From: a virus
Length of the DNA: 64,000 bases
Direction: 5' to 3' (one strand)
IMG/VR virus record: IMGVR_UViG_3300032061_000001
Span: 9,895-73,894 of that record
The notes below the pieces were generated by a model. It was not told where the DNA came from, searched no databases, and saw only the letters and a program-made list of their open reading frames with translations. The translations under genes were made by a program, and so were the position numbers. This document shows positions 28,416 to 37,938 of the stretch, in pieces (the stretch's first letter is position 1; the number at the start of each line of letters is the position of its first letter).

Positions 28416-29567
28416 TTATGGTATCGCCAATTTTGTGACTACGATATTTGTTATATTCCAAATACTCGTTGATGCAATCGTTTGCACCGTTGAGGGTGAC
28501 AATGTTTCTTCATCATAATAATCCACATTATCTGGTTGATTATCGCCAGAAATCGCAGCTTGCCATTCAGTAGGTATGATTGATTCCCCTTGAACCAAAT
28601 TATAAACATAAGTCGTTATTTTCGATTGAATCTCTAATTCGACGGCTGCTTCCTCTTCAACTGACAATATTTTGGTTGGAACATAATCAACCGAAAACGC
28701 TATATCTTCTGTTGTTACCGCTTGAATTACTACATTTTGACCGGCCCCCTGCTTTCCATCCAGCTCATCGTTTCCGGTTAATTCTAATTGTATGGCATCA
28801 ATAAGTTCTATAGATGGAACTCCCAGACTCGACTGGATAGACATAATGATTTCGCCATAGCGATCCGGGTCTAATAATTCGGGGTCAGTATGTTTCCATG
28901 GGAATGACATCAGGACATCTTTGACACTTTCAATGATTGCCCCATTAATATCAGTAAGAGTCACATTCTCTGCTGCTGTTTTTAATGCAGGCGCTGTCCC
29001 ATGTGCTTTAGCTTTTAATGCCCCTTCAATTCTTAATGTTCTGGCATAATCAGTCTCTTCATCCGTACCATTATTGATTATTAATGGATTACTCCCGGAT
29101 TGATAACTGGCCGTTAGAAATAAAGTATCGACAGAAAAAGATATATCCGCTCCAGAGTTATCCGCCAAGATTTGCACATTTTTTGTCTCGATATTTGTAA
29201 AGGTTACTTCTGCAACAACTTCTGCTACTTTATTACCCGTCTCACTGGAATATACAGGTTCTCCGATGGGGATTACAATTGATTGTGTTGAGGTAATATT
29301 CAAATTACCAGAAGCTCTACTGGCTGGAATTGGTTCCACGCCAGCCAGTAAAAACATCGTCTCTCGTGCTTGTTTTTTTACTTCTGCTTCAAGAGTATCT
29401 TGAGAAATTGCGGCAACATCGCATAATCCCTCTCCTAGACTTCTTAATGGTGCTGCAATGGTGAAATCAAATCCCTCTTCATTCTGAATATCTGACGGGG
29501 TCCTGGCGGTAAGAGCCTCTATAAACTTCTGCAGGAAATCATCTTTTGTTTTTAGATTTGTCGCCAT
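28416..29567 (-). CDS. baseplate J-like protein
   Basis: DF......RSL.E, A.RASG, NGTDEETD...R....L....GT..AL. Confidence 0.85.
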   Translation of the reverse strand: MATNLKTKDDFLQKFIEALTARTPSDIQNEEGFDFTIAAPLRSLGEGLCDVAAISQDTLEAEVKKQARETMFLLAGVEPIPASRASGNLNITSTQSIVIPIGEPVYSSETGNKVAEVVAEVTFTNIETKNVQILADNSGADISFSVDTLFLTASYQSGSNPLIINNGTDEETDYARTLRIEGALKAKAHGTAPALKTAAENVTLTDINGAIIESVKDVLMSFPWKHTDPELLDPDRYGEIIMSIQSSLGVPSIELIDAIQLELTGNDELDGKQGAGQNVVIQAVTTEDIAFSVDYVPTKILSVEEEAAVELEIQSKITTYVYNLVQGESIIPTEWQAAISGDNQPDNVDYYDEETLSPSTVQTIASTSIWNITNIVVTKLAIP

Positions 29568-29929
29568 TAGCTCGTAAATGTTTCTGTGATTGAACCACCG
29601 TCTGCTTTAATAAGAGAATAGTTGAACGTCAAAATCCCTTTTTCGACAACGATTGATGCCTGATCTACAATGCAATCTATAAATCTTCCATCTTGCAATG
29701 TGCATTGTTTCATATCTGCCTGGATCCTCATATTACGTTCCGTTTCGCTGATTTCGGCGGTTAACGTATCTACAAATGGATTCCCATATTCTGGATATAA
29801 GCGATATGTTACCTGCATGGAATGTGCTCTCGCTTCATGATCCTGAGCCAATAGAGCATCCCCATATATTAATGGCTTCCACCATTGAATTCGCCCATCG
29901 ATAATCTCGAAATTTGCTCCCGTTGCCAT
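29567..29929 (-). CDS. gp25/gpW-like baseplate protein
   Basis: G...L.Q......YPEYG..LQDGR; upstream of J. Confidence 0.65.
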   Translation of the reverse strand: MATGANFEIIDGRIQWWKPLIYGDALLAQDHEARAHSMQVTYRLYPEYGNPFVDTLTAEISETERNMRIQADMKQCTLQDGRFIDCIVDQASIVVEKGILTFNYSLIKADGGSITETFTS

Positions 29930-30315
29930 TATTTGAACTGTTTTGTCGAATGCTTTAAATCATTACAACTTGATCCGGGGAAGGTTAGTTTATCGAAATT
30001 GACGACATAATAGGTTTCACCATTGATGTTAATATTTCCTATCCTGAACTGCCGTTCTAATTTAATTCCCTCGCGTTTTTCGTAAGTATATTTTACAATC
30101 AAAGGATCCGGATCATTGCCATTTTTGAAATAATTGATAAGATCTGCCTTGTTTTGAATGTCATAATTGATGGATTTTGAATCGCATGCGATAATATCTT
30201 TGACGTATTCCGCCTGGTCAGAAGTTAATCGTTCTTCGGAAAACATTGAAAACGGAGAACAAGAAACTAGCAAAGAACTAATAAATAAAGCGAAACAAAT
30301 AAAGAAGTATTTCAT
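29929..30315 (-). CDS. lipoprotein
   Basis: MKYFFICFALFISSLLVS-C lipobox. Confidence 0.55.
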   Translation of the reverse strand: MKYFFICFALFISSLLVSCSPFSMFSEERLTSDQAEYVKDIIACDSKSINYDIQNKADLINYFKNGNDPDPLIVKYTYEKREGIKLERQFRIGNININGETYYVVNFDKLTFPGSSCNDLKHSTKQFK

Positions 30316-30322
30316 ATTTTTC

Positions 30323-31219
30323 CTATTTCGGTATTTTTATAAATTCCCCGGGGGATAATACATAACCATCTATATATTGATAAATTTGTACCACATGATT
30401 AGGCGAGATATCAAATAGCAGTGCATCTTTAAGTTGTATAGTTTTTAAATCCTCGGATATCCAAAGTATTTCCGTCTTTTGCTGCTCCAAATTATTTAAA
30501 TCTCTGGCGTTATTTGTTATTAAGATTTTTCCACCGGCCTTCACCCCTGTGGCTCCGACTTGTTTTGTAATACCGGTATATATTATAGATGATTCCCCCG
30601 CCAATGAAGAGCTTCCAATAACTGTGGCTTGCAATATGCTCGGAATATGAAATCTTTCAGTAATATAGGGATAGAGCAATTTATTAATAGCGATAATAGT
30701 TAATTTCCCAACCCCTACTCTTGCAATGAAATTATCAAGGCTCGTGTCTGTTGAAACAAGTCTGATTTCGCGAGTGTTAGCTGAGAACGAAACATCTTCT
30801 ATGGAAGCTGCGGATACAAATTTAGTAAAATTATTTATGAATGCAAGCAATTCATCGGTTGTAGGAATAGTAATGTCATTGATAATGTCTTTTATATCAG
30901 ATTGTAATTTTGCTAAATCAGTATCGGACATTGTTAAAGGATCCGCAGATGCAAGGAAATTATCAATTCTTGTTATGGTTTCATCCGGAATATCAATGGG
31001 GGGCTTCAATCCAGCTGCAGAAATTCCGGCATCCGAAGCAATGGTTTTAACAGCATCCGATTGCAAAAAATCATCAATTGCGTTTGGATATTTTTCTTCA
31101 AAATTTGTTGATCTTGCCAATTGATAAAACCCGGATCCCATTTGAATCGTTTGCTGGTTTAGCTTATTGACGGTGTCTACAAATTCAGACCCGAGAAGTA
31201 ATTCTTCGGTATCGGCCAT
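30323..31219 (-). CDS. baseplate-region structural protein
   Basis: position; IIAINKLLYPYI and C-terminal LSPGEFIKIP resemble a split LysM/tail-X-like motif. Confidence 0.45.
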   Translation of the reverse strand: MADTEELLLGSEFVDTVNKLNQQTIQMGSGFYQLARSTNFEEKYPNAIDDFLQSDAVKTIASDAGISAAGLKPPIDIPDETITRIDNFLASADPLTMSDTDLAKLQSDIKDIINDITIPTTDELLAFINNFTKFVSAASIEDVSFSANTREIRLVSTDTSLDNFIARVGVGKLTIIAINKLLYPYITERFHIPSILQATVIGSSSLAGESSIIYTGITKQVGATGVKAGGKILITNNARDLNNLEQQKTEILWISEDLKTIQLKDALLFDISPNHVVQIYQYIDGYVLSPGEFIKIPK

Positions 31220-32211
31220 TAGAATTGAGCGATTCTTTGTATTTTATTGAGAGTATTATTGTTTGAAGCGACAAAAGCATTCAAATCCTGTACAACCGAA
31301 TTTGGAAACGTTTTGTAAGTCAAAACTGTGTTCATCATTTGGTTTATACTATTTGAAATATTGACCAGTTTATTTGTGAAAGTGGAAAGCGGTCCTACTA
31401 CCGGTAATTCATCGAGGGTTGGTAACCTAAAAGAAGCTGCAAGCTGCAAAATATCATCAGGGATCTCTTTGAAATTCGCATCGAGTTTATCTTCTATTAC
31501 AGTTGCATTTATGCGCCATCCATAAGTGTAAGGAGCTTCTTTACTTATAAATAGTTGGAGATCTTTTGGCTGAATAGATAGAATAGATTTTGCCAATTCA
31601 TCGACGACTATAAATTCATATCCTGCTTTATTGGGGATGCCACCATATCCTATTTTTGGTTTTGATCCGTCCCCTCCTCCTATCAACAAACTTATTAACC
31701 CATTTATGTTTAGCTTCGTCTCTTGATAATATCCCTTGGTTACCCAGATTTGAGAATATGGATCTTTTAAATCAAAATATAATTTAAAAAATCTCTCTAA
31801 ATTGTCTGCCCAATCTTTCGGAGAGTATTTCGTCAGGGAGCTTTCTAGATCTAATGCGGTAGATAAAATGACATTGCGATCGGCTGCGGTCGGGAAGATT
31901 CCAGTCATTGAAATATCTTTCAATCCAACGCCATAGGCTTCGGAAGAGATACCCGCGATAGCATTAACAGTTGATTGTCGCCCTGTAATCGTAGAACTAT
32001 ATTGTTGATAATAGAACGTTCTTCCCTCGAAATTAATAGGAAATTTGAATTCAGCGACTTGGGTTTGTTCTGCTACTGTCTTTTTCTGAGTATCAAAACG
32101 ATCTGATAACTTTGGGACAGACCCCTGATCCTTATTGGTAGAAGATCTTCCAAGGTCTTTTTTTTCGAGGATACGTAAAATTAGGTTGGGATATCCGAAT
32201 TCGATGGCCAT
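31219..32211 (-). CDS. putative tail tube initiator / baseplate protein
   Basis: position; FPINFE..Q..G...ISMTG pattern. Confidence 0.45.
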   Translation of the reverse strand: MAIEFGYPNLILRILEKKDLGRSSTNKDQGSVPKLSDRFDTQKKTVAEQTQVAEFKFPINFEGRTFYYQQYSSTITGRQSTVNAIAGISSEAYGVGLKDISMTGIFPTAADRNVILSTALDLESSLTKYSPKDWADNLERFFKLYFDLKDPYSQIWVTKGYYQETKLNINGLISLLIGGGDGSKPKIGYGGIPNKAGYEFIVVDELAKSILSIQPKDLQLFISKEAPYTYGWRINATVIEDKLDANFKEIPDDILQLAASFRLPTLDELPVVGPLSTFTNKLVNISNSINQMMNTVLTYKTFPNSVVQDLNAFVASNNNTLNKIQRIAQF

Positions 32212-32287
32212 TGCAAAACCGATTGATGTTTGTAATATCTATCATTATTCGGTTTTGCTGAGGGAGAGTCAAAGGGAAGCTTTTAGA

Positions 32288-32599
32288 TTAATAGAATGGA
32301 TGCTCTTTTAACCAGTCCTCATATCTCCAATTTTTGCTGAAGTCTTCCTGATATCTCTTTTCATAAAACTTCAGATCAATTTCCAGAATTCTGACATTTC
32401 TGGAAATAGCGTCAGAATATGGATTCTCTCTTCTCGGATCTCCCCGATAATTTCTGGATGCCCTTCTAAGATCATTAACATATTCCATCTGGAGGAATAT
32501 TTCATCGACCAATTTAAGTTTATCCCAGTCAGTTGTTTGAGACAAAACAGAAGTTGCCGAAAGCAATAAAACAATAAGGAGTATAATCAACTTTTTCAT
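32288..32599 (-). CDS. exported hypothetical protein
   Basis: signal peptide; part of the inserted island. Confidence 0.55.
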   Translation of the reverse strand: MKKLIILLIVLLLSATSVLSQTTDWDKLKLVDEIFLQMEYVNDLRRASRNYRGDPRRENPYSDAISRNVRILEIDLKFYEKRYQEDFSKNWRYEDWLKEHPFY

Positions 32600-32613
32600 A
32601 TTTACCTTTGGTT

Positions 32614-32991
32614 TTAATTCGGGGGGTCAATCCAAGAAATATAGGGCCCCACCTTTATTCCATATACTAAAATTTCACGATTAGGGGAAAAAACGGTCAC
32701 CCTATAATGATCCTGCTTGAATATCTCTTCACAAATATTAACAAATTCTTTTCCATAAACTATTGCTTTATGTAACCTGGTTGATCTCGGCATAATGATA
32801 ACGAGAGATAATTCTTTTTCATGCTCAAAAACAGCGATTTCGAATAACCCAGTATATGCTGTCATTCTTGCAAGCGCCAGCATTTTTTCGGGGGTCCTTG
32901 GTTCCTCAATATGGTTGATAATGACCTTTCTATATTGTGGATCTCGGCCGCATGCTGACAATAATAAAATTAAAAGAATTAACTTTTTCAT
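32614..32991 (-). CDS. lipoprotein
   Basis: MKKLILLILLLSA-C lipobox; GAGGAGG RBS. Confidence 0.6.
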   Translation of the reverse strand: MKKLILLILLLSACGRDPQYRKVIINHIEEPRTPEKMLALARMTAYTGLFEIAVFEHEKELSLVIIMPRSTRLHKAIVYGKEFVNICEEIFKQDHYRVTVFSPNREILVYGIKVGPYISWIDPPN

Positions 32992-33002
32992 CTTATTCCT
33001 CC

Positions 33003-33314
33003 TCATCTGAATAGTTCTATTTGTTTTCGGATTGTAGTTTCTTCTTCATCGGTTTCGATAATGAACGCGTTAATCGATTCCCCGAATTTTGGATCGATTT
33101 CGCGTGCTCTGACAGCCGACCAATATTCGAAATAACCATTGATTAGAATATAAGATTCGAATCCTGATCTCCTGACAATCAGCGGATTGATGACACATTG
33201 TGCAACCAATATCAAACGGGCTGCATGGTCCAATTTTAACTCAGAAAAAGTTGTTCTGGATATATGGCATTGGACGTTCTCGACTAGGATTATCGATGGT
33301 AGTATTCGTCTCAT
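33003..33314 (-). CDS. ParB/Srx N-terminal-domain-only protein
   Basis: INPLIVRR....Y..ING.FEY..AVRAREIDP..GE.INAFI. Confidence 0.7.
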   Translation of the reverse strand: MRRILPSIILVENVQCHISRTTFSELKLDHAARLILVAQCVINPLIVRRSGFESYILINGYFEYWSAVRAREIDPKFGESINAFIIETDEEETTIRKQIELFR

Positions 33315-33417
33315 ATTATTTCCTTTTTGTAACATACTGGCAGCACTTTGAATTCACAGGACCGATTACTCTGGTTTATATCGGCTTTGCCAGTTTGTGC
33401 CACCGATATGCAGGGAG

Positions 33418-33618
33418 TTACTTTTTATTCAATATCTCAATAACATCATCACAGCTAATAATTGAAACTGTTTCAGAGCATTCCATACAACCGAGATAAA
33501 AAAATGTTTGTACATCATTTGTGTTCAACCTTCCCTGGACAACTCCATTTGAAATCGTATTTCCATAACCCCATTCTGATTTATTACTTCCACAGTTAGG
33601 GCATTTTATTTTTTCCAT
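33418..33618 (-). CDS. small Zn-ribbon protein
   Basis: CPNC..CMECSET. Confidence 0.55.
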   Translation of the reverse strand: MEKIKCPNCGSNKSEWGYGNTISNGVVQGRLNTNDVQTFFYLGCMECSETVSIISCDDVIEILNKK

Positions 33619-33635
33619 CTCGCATCCTGTTAGTT

Positions 33636-33869
33636 TTATTCCCAATTCATCAAAGAAATTAGGAATTCGTTAGCAGTGCTCATCAATTCGCGTTCTGAAT
33701 TGATCTGTTCGAGAACGCGCCTATAATCGGATGAACCAACCACATTGATGAAATCTGTGTTGGTTTCCATCGAATCCATGATTATTTTTAGAAAAGAAAG
33801 CCTTGATCGTGCCTGATCAATAGCCTTCTTCATATTGTCGTAGAGCTGTTGCTTGCTTGGTTTAGACAT
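33636..33869 (-). CDS. hypothetical helical protein
   Basis: start reset to MSKPSK behind AAAGGAAAA. Confidence 0.55.
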   Translation of the reverse strand: MSKPSKQQLYDNMKKAIDQARSRLSFLKIIMDSMETNTDFINVVGSSDYRRVLEQINSERELMSTANEFLISLMNWE

Positions 33870-33886
33870 TGTTTTCCTTTTTTGAA

Positions 33887-34093
33887 ACACACCGGCAACC
33901 ATGCGGGGAATCGAACCCATGCCGACTCGAACGGCTTTGGTTGCTACCAGCACCCCACGATGCCTTGGTTTTACCCAAGCTGCGCCTACAGATGCATAGC
34001 TGCCGGTGTGTATTGTTATTGAATATCATCAGAGCACACAGATTTTACATTGCTGTCTGGCTATGTGCTTAGATGATAGCCGGATTGCTCCGG
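33887..34093 (-). ncRNA. putative structured ncRNA with two T-loop hairpins
   Basis: 18-bp closing stem enclosing six hairpins, plus an upstream stem domain and GCAA tetraloops; see findings. Confidence 0.65.
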
Positions 34094-34100
34094 GTGGCTG

Positions 34101-34328
34101 TTAGTGTCCCACAGGAATTGCTTTCAATTCCTGTGCGGTAAAAATTACCTGCTTCATCAGAGTCTCACCTACGGGAAGGTAAGCCCCATATATCAATTCT
34201 GCTCCAAACTCTTTGCTGACGGATCTCAGAGTCCTGTTATATTCGGATTCTGATATTTTCCCTGACTTCAACAGTTTGGCTGCATCCATCAGGGTTTGTT
34301 CCATATGCATTGTTTTCGTGTATTCCAT
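34101..34328 (-). CDS. hypothetical protein, first gene of the inserted island
   Basis: start reset to MEYTKT; the upstream part of the ORF is promoter sequence. Confidence 0.5.
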   Translation of the reverse strand: MEYTKTMHMEQTLMDAAKLLKSGKISESEYNRTLRSVSKEFGAELIYGAYLPVGETLMKQVIFTAQELKAIPVGH

Positions 34329-34359
34329 CTTTTTTCTCTCTGTTGAGACTTGTTTGACT

Positions 34360-34411
34360 AATGTAATTATAGAATACTTTAATACTTTATAATATGTCAA
34401 TAAAATAATGC
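34360..34411 (-). promoter_or_regulatory. sigma70-like promoter cassette, twin of 50730-50781
   Basis: TTGACA-18-TATTCT with tandem TAAAGTAT boxes. Confidence 0.75.
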
Positions 34412-34428
34412 ACTCATTATAAAAAATT

Positions 34429-35190
34429 TTATACTAATATGGGATGATTGAATATCTGATAGATCTTATCAATCACTTCGGCTTTAGCTGCTCTTTCTAT
34501 CCCTTCTTTAATATAGGGTTCCGCATAGTTTACTGTCGCACCGATCACATCATTCGCCTGAACTCCGGGATGCCACCATGATGATGGGTCTGAATTTTCT
34601 GAGATAACTCTGAATGTTCTGAATTGGGAATGTCTTCCTTTTTCATCCCTTGCGTTCGTCATTCCAGCATAGGGTCCATTCTGCCATTCATATCCTCGAG
34701 AATTCACTAATCCAAAATCGCTCGGATCTTCTTTTGTTCCCATCTGATCGGTGAACTTTACTCCACTTTTCGCCATCGCTGCTTTATGAACAGAAGGCGA
34801 CATGACTTTACCGATGTTTCCTGAAGTACCAGGAATTGTATGGCGGAAGGGGATAATAAAATATTTTTTGCCGCTTTTTCCGGTCCTGGCTTTATCATTT
34901 TTCAAAAATCCAGGTTTCATATCGAAAGGTCCATAGCCATTTTGGATTCTTAACGCTTCTTCAATTCCCTGAGATCCCATAGAAATAATTGCTTGTAATG
35001 GAATCCCTGAAAACAGGCTTCCACCGATCATTTCTATTACATCACCCTGCAATCCAAGAAAGGATTGTAATCCAGTATTGTTTATCTGTCTGGACATTCC
35101 GGAAAGCATACCGCCATTATAACAAGAAGCCCAAACGTTTCTTACTGCATTGGCTAATCTTTCGAGTTCATCATAGGTATAATTTTGCAT
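34429..35190 (-). CDS. neck/tail-completion virion morphogenesis protein
   Basis: G..PFDMKPG..YFIIPFRH..FRTFRVISENSDPSSWWHPG motif of myovirus neck-region proteins. Confidence 0.6.
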   Translation of the reverse strand: MQNYTYDELERLANAVRNVWASCYNGGMLSGMSRQINNTGLQSFLGLQGDVIEMIGGSLFSGIPLQAIISMGSQGIEEALRIQNGYGPFDMKPGFLKNDKARTGKSGKKYFIIPFRHTIPGTSGNIGKVMSPSVHKAAMAKSGVKFTDQMGTKEDPSDFGLVNSRGYEWQNGPYAGMTNARDEKGRHSQFRTFRVISENSDPSSWWHPGVQANDVIGATVNYAEPYIKEGIERAAKAEVIDKIYQIFNHPILV

Positions 35191-35192
35191 AA

Positions 35193-36371
35193 TTAATTTG
35201 GACCTAATGTAGTACCAGATTCCCCTTCTGCCGGTGCCGTAAAATTATGAGTATGATCAGATACCGGCTCTGACATTGCCCCAACATTTTTAAGATCCAT
35301 ACCATGCAAATCCGCTATATTTGTTCCGGAATCATAGGATGGGGAAGATCCGGGACCTGGTGTTCCTGCTGATGCTCCTGGTAATGGTTTGCTTGTATTG
35401 TATCCAAGATCTCCAAGCGTGAGATGATTAATTAATGAAATAGCTGTGGTCATCCAATCCGCGATAATATCTCCTACAGCTTCGATCATCCCACCTATCG
35501 TCAAGTTACCTGTCATTTCCGATTCCGGGGAATCAACATAGAAAAAAGATGATGCATTTTCTTCTATATCAGGGGAAGTATCTTTTATTTTGGTTGTTGC
35601 ATCTGAATTTATATTATTGGCTTCAAGATTAATATTTCCTATTGCTGATAAATTTATGTCTTCAGCACTTACAATGTTAATGGTACCCGCCGCGGTATAT
35701 TCTGAATAAGAGCCTGAAGGATGCTCAAGTCTAGCAACGATTTCACCGCCATAATCAATTGAATTCTTTTCATGCGTTGGAAAAGGAATATCCAGGTCCA
35801 TATCATTAAGAGTTTTTCCTGCTCTCAATTTTAATCCGGATGGATGCCTGAACTGAATGTTTCCATCAGCATCATGGATATAATATGAGCCGTCATCATG
35901 GCGAACTATTTTTCTACCAGGTTTCGAATTGTTTAAAAGAACTGAGCTTGGATTCAAAAATCTAAAGGAGCTTGCTGCAAATCCATATCCATTTCCAACC
36001 GATATTTTATAAACCAGGGCCTCGATATGATTGTCCAAAACATAATTATCGGAGGTTGGGTCGGCATTGCTTGAATTCGGGTTTCTTATTGTTGTGATAT
36101 CCTGAATCTTCTTTTCGGTTGCTATTTTTGGCGTCTGAATGGTACCGGTTTCTTCGAAAAAGTTTCCATAAACAACAACCCCCTGATATTCAATTAATCC
36201 ATTTGATATTGGTCTGGAGACATCCATCGTCTGTGATTTTGGATACCATGCGGTTACAAGAGCTGGAAAAGGGTGATCTTCATCTATTCTTCCAAGGTAT
36301 CCTTCTTCCATCCGTGATCTTGATTTAAAATTCCCTTTCTCATCAGTTCGTGCTCTATGAAATATTTGCAT
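35193..36371 (-). CDS. baseplate central spike (gp5/gpV-like)
   Basis: repeated HPSG beta-helix units; C-terminal HTH metal-binding apex. Confidence 0.75.
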   Translation of the reverse strand: MQIFHRARTDEKGNFKSRSRMEEGYLGRIDEDHPFPALVTAWYPKSQTMDVSRPISNGLIEYQGVVVYGNFFEETGTIQTPKIATEKKIQDITTIRNPNSSNADPTSDNYVLDNHIEALVYKISVGNGYGFAASSFRFLNPSSVLLNNSKPGRKIVRHDDGSYYIHDADGNIQFRHPSGLKLRAGKTLNDMDLDIPFPTHEKNSIDYGGEIVARLEHPSGSYSEYTAAGTINIVSAEDINLSAIGNINLEANNINSDATTKIKDTSPDIEENASSFFYVDSPESEMTGNLTIGGMIEAVGDIIADWMTTAISLINHLTLGDLGYNTSKPLPGASAGTPGPGSSPSYDSGTNIADLHGMDLKNVGAMSEPVSDHTHNFTAPAEGESGTTLGPN

Positions 36372-37930
36372 TAAATATTCCTGTCTTTAGCGCTAATCAT
36401 ATATCGTTTGCGTTCAAATCCGCGATCCCATTCAATGACAGTCGTAGGATTTTCAGGATCAAGATACCAGGTAATTTGATTGACGTTGATCCAGAAACTA
36501 TCTTCCTCTTGATTCCTGACAATCCGGTAATCATCCGCAATAGTCACATGTAAGTTTGTTTGGAAAGTGTCCTGTCCATTGCTTGCATTCTGAATATTGC
36601 GATACATTGAAGCGGCATATTCAGAATATTCAGAAAGGAATTTACCGATATTGGTATAATTTGCATCTTCGGTATCGAACCGATTATCCTTTATTGTTTT
36701 ACTGAATGCTTCCTGATCCATATATTGGGGGATAAAAGGAAGCTTGAGAGTAATTGGTTTATAGCCATGCCGAATAATTGAATTAAGATCAAGAATATTC
36801 TTTGCACTATTTTCGTCATATCGCGTTTGAGCTATGACCATTGCCGGGACATTATCTTTGATATCCATTGTGGCCGGATATAGATAGATAGCGTTTACAA
36901 CATCATCATTCGTGCGATTGATGTTTTCGCTAATCGGACCCTTATAAAACTTTTCAAACGCATAATCACTCCCCTGCGCTGCCGGACTCTTTTTTGTTGA
37001 TGAAAATATTTGTGCCGGATTGGTATAAATTGAAACTAAATTCTGTGGATACCCGGCATATTCTCTCATACATAATTCGCCTGTATAGTCTCTCCATCTA
37101 CTATTTCTCCATCTAAATATAGATCCATAAGATGTTTCGGTGAGAAACATCTCACAAAAAGGGCTTCCCTGATATTGTTTCAATATATCGAGAATACTTC
37201 CTTCCATCTCTGAAAGCTTGTCCGGGATAAAGATGTCATTCTTTTCAACTTGCGATTCCGTAATATAAGAGATCGGTTTTATTGCTTTTGAGTTGTCATA
37301 CCAGTCTTTCTTTAATAGATTTATTCTGACGTTTCCTATCTTATTGATAAGTGTTTCCAGCAATTCGGATGGTTTTTTAATTCGTTCAATTTGTAGGTCA
37401 TCCCATTTATTTGTTAGATTGCCACCCTGAAGCCAACCATAACGTGTTTTAATTGGGTCAAAAAAATTAGTTGGGGCTTGCCCTCTTGCAATGATTAGTG
37501 GATGCAAATAATAGATTGCATTATCTCCTAATACCCATCCGCAAGCATTTTCAAGCATTAATGTGACTCGTTTTTGATTACCCTGCTCACTTAAGGAAAC
37601 GTGGTTTAGCACTCCCCTGAAGAAGCACCATTCATCATTACTATCCGCCGTATCCCAGATTTCAAAATAGTCATTCGTCTGAAAAACATATTTAGTTAAT
37701 TCTCCAAAACAATGCCATTTAAAAATTAGGGATGCCGTACTGGCTATTGTCGCTTTTGTAGTGACACATTGCCCATTAATTAGACTAGGATCCTCAATCG
37801 ATATTTTATAAGTTCCACGAAATTGTTCATCAGTCCCTTTCGTAGTTTCGAATTTTATATCATTGATAGGGATCCTCCCTATTTCTCTTACATCTGGTGT
37901 AAAATATACAACTATTTTTGATGCTGGCAT
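36371..37930 (-). CDS. baseplate hub protein
   Basis: between tape measure and spike; PFCEMF motif. Confidence 0.6.
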   Translation of the reverse strand: MPASKIVVYFTPDVREIGRIPINDIKFETTKGTDEQFRGTYKISIEDPSLINGQCVTTKATIASTASLIFKWHCFGELTKYVFQTNDYFEIWDTADSNDEWCFFRGVLNHVSLSEQGNQKRVTLMLENACGWVLGDNAIYYLHPLIIARGQAPTNFFDPIKTRYGWLQGGNLTNKWDDLQIERIKKPSELLETLINKIGNVRINLLKKDWYDNSKAIKPISYITESQVEKNDIFIPDKLSEMEGSILDILKQYQGSPFCEMFLTETSYGSIFRWRNSRWRDYTGELCMREYAGYPQNLVSIYTNPAQIFSSTKKSPAAQGSDYAFEKFYKGPISENINRTNDDVVNAIYLYPATMDIKDNVPAMVIAQTRYDENSAKNILDLNSIIRHGYKPITLKLPFIPQYMDQEAFSKTIKDNRFDTEDANYTNIGKFLSEYSEYAASMYRNIQNASNGQDTFQTNLHVTIADDYRIVRNQEEDSFWINVNQITWYLDPENPTTVIEWDRGFERKRYMISAKDRNI

Positions 37931-37938
37931 AGATATGA

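Noticed and set aside
33900-33945. GGGTTCGATTCCC as part of a canonical tRNA gene or attachment site
   Set aside because: There is no cloverleaf with a 7-bp acceptor and anticodon arm, no CCA and no integrase; reported instead as a novel structured RNA.
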